Shown here piece after piece: positions 19,012 to 29,388 of a DNA stretch of 64,000 nt. The notes beneath the pieces were generated by a model. That model was not told the DNA's origin and ran no database searches. It saw only the letters and a list, made by a program, of their open reading frames with translations. The DNA is taken from the sequence record NC_042081.1; one strand, given 5' to 3'. The position numbers and the translations under genes are program-made. Numbering within the stretch: the stretch's first letter is position 1; every line of letters begins with the position of its first letter.

Positions 19012-20255
19012 CAATATCTTCAGTTAGTTCGTTAGGCTAACCCGCACCATTACGTGCAGCTCTAGCTCTCGCTAGACGTTGAGACTATATCTTCACCTTT
19101 GGCTTTACCCAGTAAGGTGCTTCCCACTTCGAGTCCACTTGGACCCTACGTGCCAATGCACTAGTCGTTGAACTTTATCCATACCTTTCGGGTTAGGATC
19201 TTAGCTGCTGATTGACTCTATTCAGTTATTCTTAAGCATTCATAGAACCTTTCGGAACTATTGTAGCTAACTGACCTAACGAGTTGTTCCAGCAATTCAA
19301 GAAGTTTTGTCGAGTATCATTTCTGATACAAGGAAACCCATATTAAGTTAAGTCGCTACACTAATTGCTTAGGTGGTATGTAGCTTCTCTCTACGCGCTT
19401 TGTATCTATTGTAATCATCAATGGATTTGTTAACCATTTCTTGGGTTAGGTTAGAAACGTATTCGAATAGCCGTTCCTTATCATCGACCCTACAGATAAC
19501 AACACCGTTGAATAATCTTAGATCTGGTTTCTTTAAAATGTCCTGCACTGACCCTTTAATTAACCCGGTTCTAAGTTGTAACTGCGTTAGGTTTACATAT
19601 CGTCCAAAGGTGTTGGTCTTGAAGTCTATGCAATAAACTTCAATTGCATTCTTACGCTTCTGTGGGTGATAATCCCCACTTACTTCGAATACATATTTAC
19701 CTCTGAATGGTTTAACTAAATGACCCAATACGACATGTAACCCTTTATTGTGACCAAGCTCTAGGAACTCGGCTACTTCTTTCATCGAGATGAAGTTATT
19801 TACTTCACCAGTCAGAATGTTTGTACATTTAACAGCGAGTGCATGTTTATTGGCACCGGTTATAAATGCATGCTTAACATTACCGCTACGAGTTTCCCAC
19901 TCTAGGTTAAGGTAATGATTATTATGCTTAATGGTATCTTTGTGGTTAACGTCCAACTCATTAAAGTTTTCAGGTAACCCATGAAACGCCATGCACACAA
20001 AACGATGAACATAACGAATCTTTCTAATACTGTCATCATTGTGGATGTTAACGGTAAGGTAAGTACCTTTAGTTGTCTTATTCTCGTGTTGTGAGATTAA
20101 TTCGCCTTTAAGGTTCCTAACTTGACCATGATCACTGACTTCGTAATTATTGAAACCAGGTATTTTACGCCATCTTATTTCTTCATTCATAATTCCTCAT
20201 TAGAGATTCCTGGTTACCACACCCAGAATCTGTAGCGCTTTAACTTAATAGATTA
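19012..20255 (-). mobile_element. Group IA2 intron 1 of the gp55 gene (1244 nt) carrying a homing endonuclease
   Basis: Core motifs at ~19080-19300; 5' splice site after CGAAAU, terminal G at 19012. Confidence 0.92.
19369..20190 (-). CDS. NUMOD4-HNH homing endonuclease (gp56)
   Basis: WRKIPGFNNYEVSDHGQVRN (NUMOD4); HRFVCMAFH...VNHKDTIKHNNHYLNLEW (HNH); GAGGA RBS. Confidence 0.92.
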   Translation of the reverse strand: MNEEIRWRKIPGFNNYEVSDHGQVRNLKGELISQHENKTTKGTYLTVNIHNDDSIRKIRYVHRFVCMAFHGLPENFNELDVNHKDTIKHNNHYLNLEWETRSGNVKHAFITGANKHALAVKCTNILTGEVNNFISMKEVAEFLELGHNKGLHVVLGHLVKPFRGKYVFEVSGDYHPQKRKNAIEVYCIDFKTNTFGRYVNLTQLQLRTGLIKGSVQDILKKPDLRLFNGVVICRVDDKERLFEYVSNLTQEMVNKSIDDYNRYKARREKLHTT

Positions 20256-21392
20256 ATTTCGGTGAAAAGTACAACCCATCCCTTTATAAGGGGCTGCTTC
20301 TGCAATTAGCTCTTTAAATAGATCTGCAATGATTTGGTTATATTGAAGTACATTCTCATATACAAATGAGAATGCTTCACGAGTTGTCATGTTAAACTTT
20401 GCTTTTAGTTTATTGGTTAGATGATACTTTAATAATTGACAACCTACCCCCCAAGGGATATGTAGTTCATCATAATCATGCGGGTCACTAATAGAAGTGA
20501 TTACTGCACGTGCCGTAGCGTTGAGACGAGCACCAAACATGTGACGCCGAGCAAGACCAGGCTTTTGAGCAATTCGTGATTTTGCGTAGATCTCGTAGAA
20601 CTGGCCATATAGTCTTAGTCCTCGCATAGTCCTATTCTGAGCTTTAATTGGACTAAGTGGTACAGATGATGCATCAATACTAGCGAAGGTTAAGGTAGCA
20701 TCAATTGCTGCTTCAATTGGTTTATCTAAGTAAGTACCAGATGTGGTTGATTCTGCTACGAAACAGAGTTTAGAAGGAACTGGTAAATATTTAGGGAATA
20801 ACTTATCTTTATTCTGAGCAACGAATTGAGCGAATTCGGATTTATTATTAGAGATAATATTTGCATCTAGTAGGAATTGGAAGATCTCATTGAAATTATC
20901 AATGAAGTGATTTAATCCTCTTTCAAATCCTCGATGCAGTAGCCTATCTACTTTCCTGCGTGTTTCTTTAGAGGCAATGGATTCTACGTCGTATCGATAA
21001 GAAGTATCGGTTAGATATGCTAAGAAATCGAATTCTTTAGTTACTAGATATCCAGTTAGCATAATGATTAAACGTGGGTTAATTAGACTACGTACATGTT
21101 TTGGTGTACGAACCCACATTGATGGTTCGATAGGGCGGCTAGAAGTATTGACAACTGGAGTATTACAAATATCACAGATTACTCCGAGTTTATGTGCGTC
21201 TTCGATTGCTCGACAATCACAACTTACGCTACTTTCAATTGCTTCTGAATCTTGGAAATGAGAATAGAAATGCCTATCAAATTCTTCTTTCTCATCTGAG
21301 TTACTCGTATTGTAATCATTGGCATAAATACGTTTACCCGTAAATTGATCATGTACTTCATCATGATCAACAACTTTGGCATAAAGACCCAT
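20256..21392 (-). CDS. nvRNAP beta'-like subunit exon 1 (gp55)
   Basis: Zn-binding CDC...CDIC; RRHMFGAR and ARAVI motifs; spliced product 379+36+73 = 488 aa. Confidence 0.92.
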
Positions 21393-21427
21393 ACCAAACT
21401 CCTATTTATCGATTAACAAAAAAAGGA

Positions 21428-21460
21428 GATATAAGCGGCCCCCGAAGGAGCCGCTATATC
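21428..21460 (-). terminator. Strong intrinsic terminator of the chimallin transcript
   Basis: GATATAGCGGCTCC-TTCG-GGGGCCGCTTATATC followed by a U7 tract. Confidence 0.85.
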
Positions 21461-21785
21461 AGTTTTTACAATGGACCACCAACGGAGCCTGGCCCGATCC
21501 TAGCGTCGTCTACAAAGCTTAACCTCCGCTCTTCTCTGTAGCGCTCTGGCACTAGGACCTTTTACCATCCATTGTAGTTTTGATCACACGTCACCTTTTG
21601 AGTAACTCCTTTCGGTTAAGTGATCTATCATCCTCGTGTAGTGATAGGTCGACCTAGACTAAGTCCACTAGTCGATTACTTCACGGAACCTACTCCTAAC
21701 CGTTATCACCGAAGTGAAACAGGGTCGCAGTATTAGAATCGGGATGTTACTTATTTAACATCCCTATCTACCGAGGTATTTCCTA
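21461..21785 (-). ncRNA. Putative structured RNA / long 3' UTR of chimallin
   Basis: No ORF over 15 codons found by hand; ~45% GC by hand count; multiple helices, UUCG and GAAA tetraloops. Confidence 0.6.
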
Positions 21786-23666
21786 TTAGTACCAGGTACC
21801 CGGTGCATTATAGGAAGGAGCGCCGTAAGTTTGACCCATGCTGCCAGCCATACCAACTTGTGCACTACCAGAAACAGCCATGTTACCCATACCGGTGTAA
21901 CCAGCGAAGCGCTGTTGACCGAAGTTGGTAATTAGGTTTTCCATGGTTACAGTTACACCAGCTGCTGCTGCTGCGGCATCCATTGCGGTGATGAATTTCG
22001 GGTTAAAGGTTAGACGACGAGCACGACCAGTATAGGTAACGTTACCTAGGTACATCTTGTCGAAGCCTTTACTGTTATTCATACGACGCACAATGTGGTC
22101 ATTACCTACTTGAGTAGCATACCAGGTCTTCCACTCTTGATCATTACCTTCAGACATGTTCATGGCGCCTAGAACGTCAAGATCACGACGGTCGCTTAGT
22201 TCACCATGCTCATCAGTGTAGTGACCGAGGTCTACTTCATGATGGTTGTCAAAGATAATCGGACCAGCTTCAGCTAGGTTATAGAACTGACGGAAATCAG
22301 TGCCATATAGGTTAGTTAGAGCTTGGAAGATCAGGCTAACTGCACGAGCTTGGTTTACGCCACCAGCTGCATCTAGGACTACCTGCTCAAGAGCAGAGTT
22401 GTCACCCATCGGATCGATATCGATCTGGAATGCAGGGTTCTGGTTAACCATCTTGTTCATTAGCATTACGAAGTTGCTATCGTCTGCCATGAATGCTTCG
22501 GTGCGAGTTTCAATCGCTTTACCTAGTTCTGAGTAATAACCAAGTGCACCAATATCACGCATCTTGCTAGTAGCAATCTTCGGCATTAGGGTACGAGCCC
22601 ATGCCTGAGATGCAGTTGCACGATACGCATTACCAAGTGTGAACAGCCACATTTCTAGAGTCCATGCTTGGATCCAGGATGCCTTACGAACGTCAGTGAT
22701 AACGATGTAAGGAGTGAACTGCGGAGGTAGAACTGCACCAGGTAGAGTTACGCCAAACATACCTTGTTGCTGGCCAGTGGTCGGAGTCCAATGTAGATCT
22801 ACGAATAGACTAACTTGGTTTAGCTGGCTATCGGTATCATAGAACTCGTTCTCAGGTACGTTGGTTTTCTTACCACGGCTAGTGGAAATAACCAGGTCGG
22901 AACGAATCGGATTACCACAGCTATCTTTAACCGGAATACCATTGTAGTCTAGGTTGCAGGTAAGCTGTTCGTTTTCTGCTTTGATGTGGGTTGCAATAGA
23001 GAACGGAGTCTCATTGTTACGACGGGCAATAGCATCTTCACAGATATTAACAGATTCAACTAGTAGGTTCTTAACAGCTAGTTCATCTTTGAAGTCGAAG
23101 TCAGCATACACTGCACGGGGACCAGCGGATAGTACTTCTAGACCAGGGATGTTGTAACGGTTCCGTAGGAACTCGCCGATCTTGCTCCAGTACTGAGCAG
23201 TGAATACATCACGCGGTAGTACCTTCTCTTCAATGATGTCATCAGTTAGACCATTGTTGATTTTGTGGGTACGGGGACGGATGCGAGTACCAGGTAGGTT
23301 ATCGAGTACTAGAGTACGAACGAATGCCTTCATGGAACCGTTGATATCTTTAGCTAGTTTAACAATGAGTAGACCAGCCATACCAACTTGTTGCGCATCG
23401 CGATCGAAACGATGGATATCGAAGTCATCAGGTAGGTCCTGATGGCGGATTGCTTCTTCTTTTACTTTAGTGAATACTTGTAGGGCATCTGCTGAACGAG
23501 CATCAGATCCATCTAGCCGCCCAGAGCGACGCATTAGATGGTTAATGCCAGTGGTTGACCCAGGTGCGCCAGCAGGACGTTGAGCTTGACGCTGTGCAGT
23601 GGGTTGCGGAGCCGGAGCGGTTGCTTGAGTTTGAACGGTGCCGATTTCGTTTTCGTTAACAGCCAT
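21786..23666 (-). CDS. chmA: Chimallin, major nuclear shell protein (gp54)
   Basis: 626 aa, recognised sequence; directly upstream of the gp55 RNAP gene, as in nucleus-forming phages. Confidence 0.92.
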   Translation of the reverse strand: MAVNENEIGTVQTQATAPAPQPTAQRQAQRPAGAPGSTTGINHLMRRSGRLDGSDARSADALQVFTKVKEEAIRHQDLPDDFDIHRFDRDAQQVGMAGLLIVKLAKDINGSMKAFVRTLVLDNLPGTRIRPRTHKINNGLTDDIIEEKVLPRDVFTAQYWSKIGEFLRNRYNIPGLEVLSAGPRAVYADFDFKDELAVKNLLVESVNICEDAIARRNNETPFSIATHIKAENEQLTCNLDYNGIPVKDSCGNPIRSDLVISTSRGKKTNVPENEFYDTDSQLNQVSLFVDLHWTPTTGQQQGMFGVTLPGAVLPPQFTPYIVITDVRKASWIQAWTLEMWLFTLGNAYRATASQAWARTLMPKIATSKMRDIGALGYYSELGKAIETRTEAFMADDSNFVMLMNKMVNQNPAFQIDIDPMGDNSALEQVVLDAAGGVNQARAVSLIFQALTNLYGTDFRQFYNLAEAGPIIFDNHHEVDLGHYTDEHGELSDRRDLDVLGAMNMSEGNDQEWKTWYATQVGNDHIVRRMNNSKGFDKMYLGNVTYTGRARRLTFNPKFITAMDAAAAAAGVTVTMENLITNFGQQRFAGYTGMGNMAVSGSAQVGMAGSMGQTYGAPSYNAPGTWY

Positions 23667-23690
23667 TTTAAATACCTTTACGATTATGGT

Positions 23691-23727
23691 TTCTTGATCA
23701 AGAAGAACCTAAGTACTTAGTATACTA
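23691..23727. repeat. Three perfect palindromes in the chimallin leader
   Basis: TTCTTGATCAAGAA (23691-704), CTAAGTACTTAG (23709-720), TAGTATACTA (23718-727). Confidence 0.85.
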
Positions 23728-23738
23728 GATTCAATTTA

Positions 23739-23762
23739 GTAATATAAATCTCAATTTTTTTT
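23739..23762 (-). promoter_or_regulatory. Early promoter of chimallin
   Basis: Exact TATATTAC plus upstream A-tract. Confidence 0.8.
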
Positions 23763-23978
23763 CATTGCAACATAGACGCTATAATCTGCTATCAGCAGAT
23801 CGTAACGAACACTATGTTCACTACATATTATTACAATCTGAGTATTATTTATTTTTCATTTTACAATTTCCATATCTTCTTTTTTTGAGTTTATGGGTAT
23901 AAAGTTTGAATCCAGAAACTAATTTACGTCAGTCCTGTATTAAATAATAACTATCAGTATTTTTATAAAATGCAGTTA

Positions 23979-24344
23979 TCATTTACTTCGCATGTACTTA
24001 CGAACTGTTCCAAAAAGAGAATGGTACAGTTTGTATAGTTTACTAACTGGATCAACTTTATTATTATCGGTTGTGTCAAATTTAGCAATAAATGGTGAAT
24101 GTGCTGAAGCAGATGTTTCATTTACTTTAATCACACTACCAAATCGATATGCGACTAATAGCTTAATTAATTCCTCATGGAGTTTAGTAGCAGTTGCTAA
24201 TGGATTGGGATCATTAGGATCTATCTTAATCCTACGCTCTACATTGAAAAAGTTAACTACAATTTCTTTGCTAGTCATGTATACGGTAAGATCTTTGTTA
24301 TTACCTAAATATAGTGGCGGGTCTTCAACATTATTTTTAGCCAT
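23979..24344 (-). CDS. Hypothetical protein (gp53 position)
   Basis: 121 aa; AGGA RBS. Confidence 0.7.
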   Translation of the reverse strand: MAKNNVEDPPLYLGNNKDLTVYMTSKEIVVNFFNVERRIKIDPNDPNPLATATKLHEELIKLLVAYRFGSVIKVNETSASAHSPFIAKFDTTDNNKVDPVSKLYKLYHSLFGTVRKYMRSK

Positions 24345-24386
24345 TGTATATTCCTATTTGTAATTACTACTGTTGTTACCAAACTA

Positions 24387-24410
24387 TGATATAGATCTCA
24401 ATTAATTTTT
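24387..24410 (-). promoter_or_regulatory. Early-type promoter (TATATCA variant)
   Basis: AAAAATTAATTGAGATCTATATCA. Confidence 0.6.
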
Positions 24411-24425
24411 AATCGGATAATAACC

Positions 24426-25517
24426 ATGTATAATTTATTTAAGAATGCTCCGTCACGTAAATTGGGGCAGGTGGTTGATCCTAACATCCATTATATCCGA
24501 CGAATCTACGCTGAGCAAATTAGGGACGTTAAAAGTTATTATAGACGGGCACCGAAGTATGTTGAATCTAAAAATATATTAGCACAAATGATTCGACATT
24601 TTAACGTAGAGTTACTAAGTGATGATGCTACTTTTATAAAGAACGTGGACGATCGTTCACGTGCTATTATTCGTTCATTTGGTATTACATCATCTTTAAA
24701 TAAAGGTAAGGTTCATGTAGGTGGTGTTACACTTGGCCCTCAGACTGAAGAAGTTTTAGTATCCACATCAGAGAGCTTTGATCTAAAAGATCTAAATAAA
24801 ACATGGTATAAACTTTCCCCTGTTACGTATCTGTATCATACACGTACTGATACTAATTTACCTATCATGAACAATACCACACAGGGTAGAGGCTATGGTG
24901 TAACTCTAGTAAATATACCAATGCTTCTTGTGATGTACCGTTACTGGTATCGATGGCAAGTTGAGAAGAATCCTGATGAAGTAGAAGACACTTATAGGTT
25001 TATAGGATCATTTGTATTGCCAAATATGGTTGACTCTTATTTAGATATTTCTTTCTTTAATAGGTTAGCAAGGAATGCTTTAGATATTAAAAATCCAACA
25101 TTCCCTATACCGCATCCATTTTACATCACTGATATGAATCCACGTATTGATAAACTATGTACAACTATCAATAGAGAATCCATATTAAAAGGTGTAGACA
25201 TGGAAGGTTTATCATGGATAACACCAGCTATCGTACAATCTAATTTGTTCGATATGATGCGGCTCCCACGAGAACCTATTAACAGGAATAATGAATGGGC
25301 TTATGTATTGGCTCGCACACCCTTCATTAAGTATCTTGTAGGGCAGCTTTTAAAGAATACTGGTTATGATCAATCTTCTGTTAACACTGTATTAATTGAT
25401 CTTATAGAAGCATCTAATGATCAAGCATTTAAGCAACAAGCAAATAGTGAGTTTGTAAAAGCTCAACAGGCACAAGTTGATTGGATGATAGATGCACTTA
25501 AAAGAAAAGAAATGTGA
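24426..25517 (+). CDS. Conserved virion (head) protein, gp52 position
   Basis: 363 aa, late-gene orientation; assigned by gene order. Confidence 0.65.
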   Translation: MYNLFKNAPSRKLGQVVDPNIHYIRRIYAEQIRDVKSYYRRAPKYVESKNILAQMIRHFNVELLSDDATFIKNVDDRSRAIIRSFGITSSLNKGKVHVGGVTLGPQTEEVLVSTSESFDLKDLNKTWYKLSPVTYLYHTRTDTNLPIMNNTTQGRGYGVTLVNIPMLLVMYRYWYRWQVEKNPDEVEDTYRFIGSFVLPNMVDSYLDISFFNRLARNALDIKNPTFPIPHPFYITDMNPRIDKLCTTINRESILKGVDMEGLSWITPAIVQSNLFDMMRLPREPINRNNEWAYVLARTPFIKYLVGQLLKNTGYDQSSVNTVLIDLIEASNDQAFKQQANSEFVKAQQAQVDWMIDALKRKEM

Positions 25518-25521
25518 CATA

Positions 25522-25547
25522 AACCCCCTCCTAAATTGGAGGGGGTT
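25522..25547. terminator. Bidirectional terminator
   Basis: AACCCCCTCC...GGAGGGGGTT between convergent genes. Confidence 0.8.
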
Positions 25548-25560
25548 ATATGCCGTTTTA

Positions 25561-26283
25561 TTAGAAATTACCTTTCTTCATTTTAGAAAGTAATTTTCTA
25601 CGTTCAGCTCGGTTAATTCCTGGGATAGCTGGTAATAGCATTTTATTACTAAACTTACCTGGCTTGCGGTCATGATTTAGTAATTGATCAACTACAGCTT
25701 GGTCACTGCTTTTAACTCCATTATCCATTTCATCTAATGGGTCCATAATAGCTTTAGCAGTCAATCTTAGATGAGTAACTAGTTCATCAAATGAACTATC
25801 GGTATTAATAAGTTGTTTATCAACACCTTCTTTAAGAGCTTGTTTAATAGTTACGTCTTTTACCAGGATATTATCACATTCCCAAAGAGTTGTATGATGG
25901 GTATTTAACATTAATTCAAGTGAGACATTATTGTAATCGTTGTCAGCACTTGAGTGCCAATTGAATTCATCAATATAGTCATTTAGACTCATTAACTTTG
26001 GTGGTTCGTTACTAGAGGTAATTAAACCAATTGGTTGAACATCATCTAGTGAACTTTTATCACTAGTAATTGCAGTTGTTTCAGTAGTAACATCAACTTC
26101 TTTTAATTCGTTGGTATAAGTTACATATACTAATTCTTCACTACCGTCATCTAAAAGAACATAGGCTGTTGCTTTGGTGGAATCATCAGGTGCTAATCCA
26201 TGGATCCTAATACGATTATCATTTACTAATTTACTATAATCATTCCAGGTAATTACGCGGACTTCTTTATTCTCTTTCATCAT
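25561..26283 (-). CDS. Hypothetical protein (gp51 position)
   Basis: 240 aa; GAGG RBS. Confidence 0.75.
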   Translation of the reverse strand: MMKENKEVRVITWNDYSKLVNDNRIRIHGLAPDDSTKATAYVLLDDGSEELVYVTYTNELKEVDVTTETTAITSDKSSLDDVQPIGLITSSNEPPKLMSLNDYIDEFNWHSSADNDYNNVSLELMLNTHHTTLWECDNILVKDVTIKQALKEGVDKQLINTDSSFDELVTHLRLTAKAIMDPLDEMDNGVKSSDQAVVDQLLNHDRKPGKFSNKMLLPAIPGINRAERRKLLSKMKKGNF

Positions 26284-26476
26284 TAGTTACCTCTTTTAAT
26301 TTGTCTTTAATATAACTTCGGATAAATGCTCGTTTTTCTTCACGAGTTAACCCAGGTGGAGCGGTTGGTAATGTGATAGTACCACTGTTAATTGCCTTCT
26401 TCATCCGATCTAAGTCAAAATTAAATTCGGTATGATTTGTCATTATATTGAACCATATTAAGTTAGTAATTGGCAA
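26267..26476 (-). CDS. Small hypothetical protein
   Basis: 69 aa (58 aa from ATG 26443); stop overlaps the next start region. Confidence 0.55.
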   Translation of the reverse strand: MPITNLIWFNIMTNHTEFNFDLDRMKKAINSGTITLPTAPPGLTREEKRAFIRSYIKDKLKEVTNDERE

Positions 26477-26481
26477 TCAGA

Positions 26482-26507
26482 CTATATAAATCTTAATTAT
26501 TTTTTAG
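26482..26507 (-). promoter_or_regulatory. Early-type promoter variant
   Basis: CTAAAAAATAATTAAGATTTATATAG; 18 nt identical to the element at 45728-45745. Confidence 0.55.
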
Positions 26508-26513
26508 TATATA

Positions 26514-26534
26514 AGCCTCCCACTAGGGGAGGCT
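26514..26534. terminator. Terminator after DNA polymerase
   Basis: AGCCTCCC...GGGAGGCT. Confidence 0.75.
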
Positions 26535-26541
26535 ATATTTC

Positions 26542-28737
26542 TTAATAGAAGTCAGAGATGAGTCGATCGTTATTTTTATCAATAAGGAAAATACCTAGGG
26601 ACTCTAAGGTTAGATAGAATACACCCATAGTGTTTCCAATGATTGTTCTAACGTCAGCAACACGCGTAATAACTTCTGGAATACGACCAGTTTCTACTAC
26701 TGTACTAGGGATATGGAAATCACCAATACTGGTTTTATTTTCTTCAGTAACCCATGCTTGAATACGAGCAGCTAATTTCTTATCTTCGATACCATCAATC
26801 CATTCTTTGATCGCAGTTTTATTATTAAGAGTAACTGAGATCTTTACATGTGAATAAGGTGGATCACCAGCTTCACCAAATGATGGAGCAAATACAGTCT
26901 TCCACACCAATCCCTTTTTATGAGTTGAGTTATCTTCAGATTTATAAGATTCAGGTCGTTTAGTTTGACCACTTGTCAGATACTCGGCTTTACCACTTCT
27001 AACAGACTCAATAATTTCTCTTTCGATATCACCGGCTTCTTTTAGAATTGAAGCTAAGTCGATTTTCTCTTCAGCCTTTACCGTCTTAATAATATCTTCC
27101 ATGAGTTTTTTAGCACGACTATTAATCTTCTTAGGTACTTTACTATCCCTTAGCCCCACGCCTTTAATCTCCATCCGAGATTCATTAAACATCACCCCTT
27201 CTTGGGCATCCTGTGATGCAAAGTAATGTTTAGAACGAGTAGTTAAGGCCAGTACTGCGAAATAATATTCGTTCTTCATTGCAAATAGACGAAGCTTATC
27301 TTTAGATACGCCCATATTAGCGGATTGAATCGCTAAGATATGCATAACTACTTCAGATACTAGAAACACTAGTGCAAATACTAGTCGTTTAGCTTCATTG
27401 CTAAAAGTTACTTTACCAAAGAATTCCTCAACCCACCATTGTAATGTAAACATAGTGGAGTCAGTATCTGAAATAACAGCAGCTCGCCTATATACCGTTG
27501 GAAAAGCATGAATACTTGATGGTACACATTTAGTCAAGAAGAAAGCTTCAATCAATAGACGATATTCATTAAGAGTTTCAGCGATATTTCGACCAGTTGC
27601 AAAAATTTGATTCAGTGTATCTGGATCAGATTCTTTTAGTTTAGCTTTAGATCGACCTTTAACAGTATCAAAGCAAATAAAGCTAGCCAAAAGATCCATA
27701 TCACCATCATAAGTTGAATATTCTTCTTCAGTGATGATTTGTTCTTTTGTTCCAACCTGGCTTAATTTAATTAGAAAGCTCTTGATTAATTCTTTATTGT
27801 ATTTATATAAGTGATATAGATCACCTACATACATAACTGCTGCTCGTTCGACTGGTGTCATCCCAGTAGCTAGTTTTAAAATCTGTGCCGTGTAATACTT
27901 ATTTTGCCAATAGTGTTTAGTTGAATAAAGAACCATATCAACTACTTCTTCTGGCGTTGGGCAATGTAGATTAAAATTAGTTACTGCTTTTTGAATTAAC
28001 TCCATATCAGCTACATTAATAATATTTACTAAATTAGCTTTTGTGATTTCCGGAGTATAATAATGCCTATTACCCATAATGAATTTTTCATTATTTGAGT
28101 TAGCATAAGAGGTACCAGTTCTACAAGTAGATGTTAAACTAGAGTGTGTGGACTTATAATAAAGAATAGTGGCAGCAGATACCGTACCTCCTGAATATGA
28201 GTTATTGTTAATTTTGAAGTTTTCTTGTTCACCTTTACGTACTTGTGCAAGTTCTGTTTTAATTTGTGAATTCTCTTTATCGCCGGCCTGTAGGAAAGCA
28301 GCTGCTTCACGTTCAGCCTGCATCTGCTCACCTTTAACACGCTTACGGTTTTTCACACCTTCAGCAATATAGATGGAGTGCGTCGACTGTCTAACAGACT
28401 CTGGTAAATATGCGGTCATTGATGGAGATAATAATAGATTCTGTTTCTTAACACGGTTAAGGAAAGCCATAAATGAAACAGTCTTTAATTCCCTATCACC
28501 AAACTTATTTTTATCTAGGATAGTTGCTACTGGGTTACGAAGTGCATATTCGCCATTTTGACGTAATTGTTCTTTAACAAATTCTTTACATTCTTCTAAA
28601 CTAATATTTAATTCATCTTTTGTCATTAATTGAAGATATTTGGCATTATCATCAAGACATGCATTAATGATATCAATATCACGATGGTAATCATTGACAT
28701 CTTTTAAAAACGGATTTGGTTGGGCAAATGCGGTCAT
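26542..28737 (-). CDS. Family B DNA polymerase, palm-containing subunit (gp50)
   Basis: 731 aa; KINNNSYSG (motif B), ISDTDS (motif C); no exonuclease domain, consistent with the split phiKZ-type polymerase. Confidence 0.85.
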   Translation of the reverse strand: MTAFAQPNPFLKDVNDYHRDIDIINACLDDNAKYLQLMTKDELNISLEECKEFVKEQLRQNGEYALRNPVATILDKNKFGDRELKTVSFMAFLNRVKKQNLLLSPSMTAYLPESVRQSTHSIYIAEGVKNRKRVKGEQMQAEREAAAFLQAGDKENSQIKTELAQVRKGEQENFKINNNSYSGGTVSAATILYYKSTHSSLTSTCRTGTSYANSNNEKFIMGNRHYYTPEITKANLVNIINVADMELIQKAVTNFNLHCPTPEEVVDMVLYSTKHYWQNKYYTAQILKLATGMTPVERAAVMYVGDLYHLYKYNKELIKSFLIKLSQVGTKEQIITEEEYSTYDGDMDLLASFICFDTVKGRSKAKLKESDPDTLNQIFATGRNIAETLNEYRLLIEAFFLTKCVPSSIHAFPTVYRRAAVISDTDSTMFTLQWWVEEFFGKVTFSNEAKRLVFALVFLVSEVVMHILAIQSANMGVSKDKLRLFAMKNEYYFAVLALTTRSKHYFASQDAQEGVMFNESRMEIKGVGLRDSKVPKKINSRAKKLMEDIIKTVKAEEKIDLASILKEAGDIEREIIESVRSGKAEYLTSGQTKRPESYKSEDNSTHKKGLVWKTVFAPSFGEAGDPPYSHVKISVTLNNKTAIKEWIDGIEDKKLAARIQAWVTEENKTSIGDFHIPSTVVETGRIPEVITRVADVRTIIGNTMGVFYLTLESLGIFLIDKNNDRLISDFY

Positions 28738-28910
28738 TTCACATATCTCTCAGTATACTTATTTTTAATTATAGTGAATGATTTCTCTCTCTTTAACTAA
28801 AAAAGAAAAGGAAAGAATGGGTACCCTATACGGGCACCCTAAATTGAGAGGTAGCACATCAACTTACATTCACATTAGATGATGTAAGCAAGTAAAAATA
28901 ATACAACATA

Positions 28911-28933
28911 AAAGGAGCCATTATGGCTCCTTT
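28911..28933. terminator. Hairpin terminator
   Basis: AAAGGAGCCA-TTA-TGGCTCCTTT. Confidence 0.75.
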
Positions 28934-28937
28934 ATAG

Positions 28938-29363
<426 letters not shown>

Positions 29364-29388
29364 CTAAAATAGTTGGTTACATAGGGTA

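Noticed and set aside
21461-21785. Calling the chimallin 3' RNA an RsmY/Z-like sponge, a group I relic or a tRNA-like element
   Set aside because: About 9 GGA triplets is only ~2x chance and only 3 fit ANGGA; no P/Q/R/S motifs or T-loop. Kept only as an unclassified structured RNA
22300-23442. Three + strand ORFs inside chimallin
   Set aside because: Antisense shadows of a strongly codon-biased gene; no RBS or promoter context
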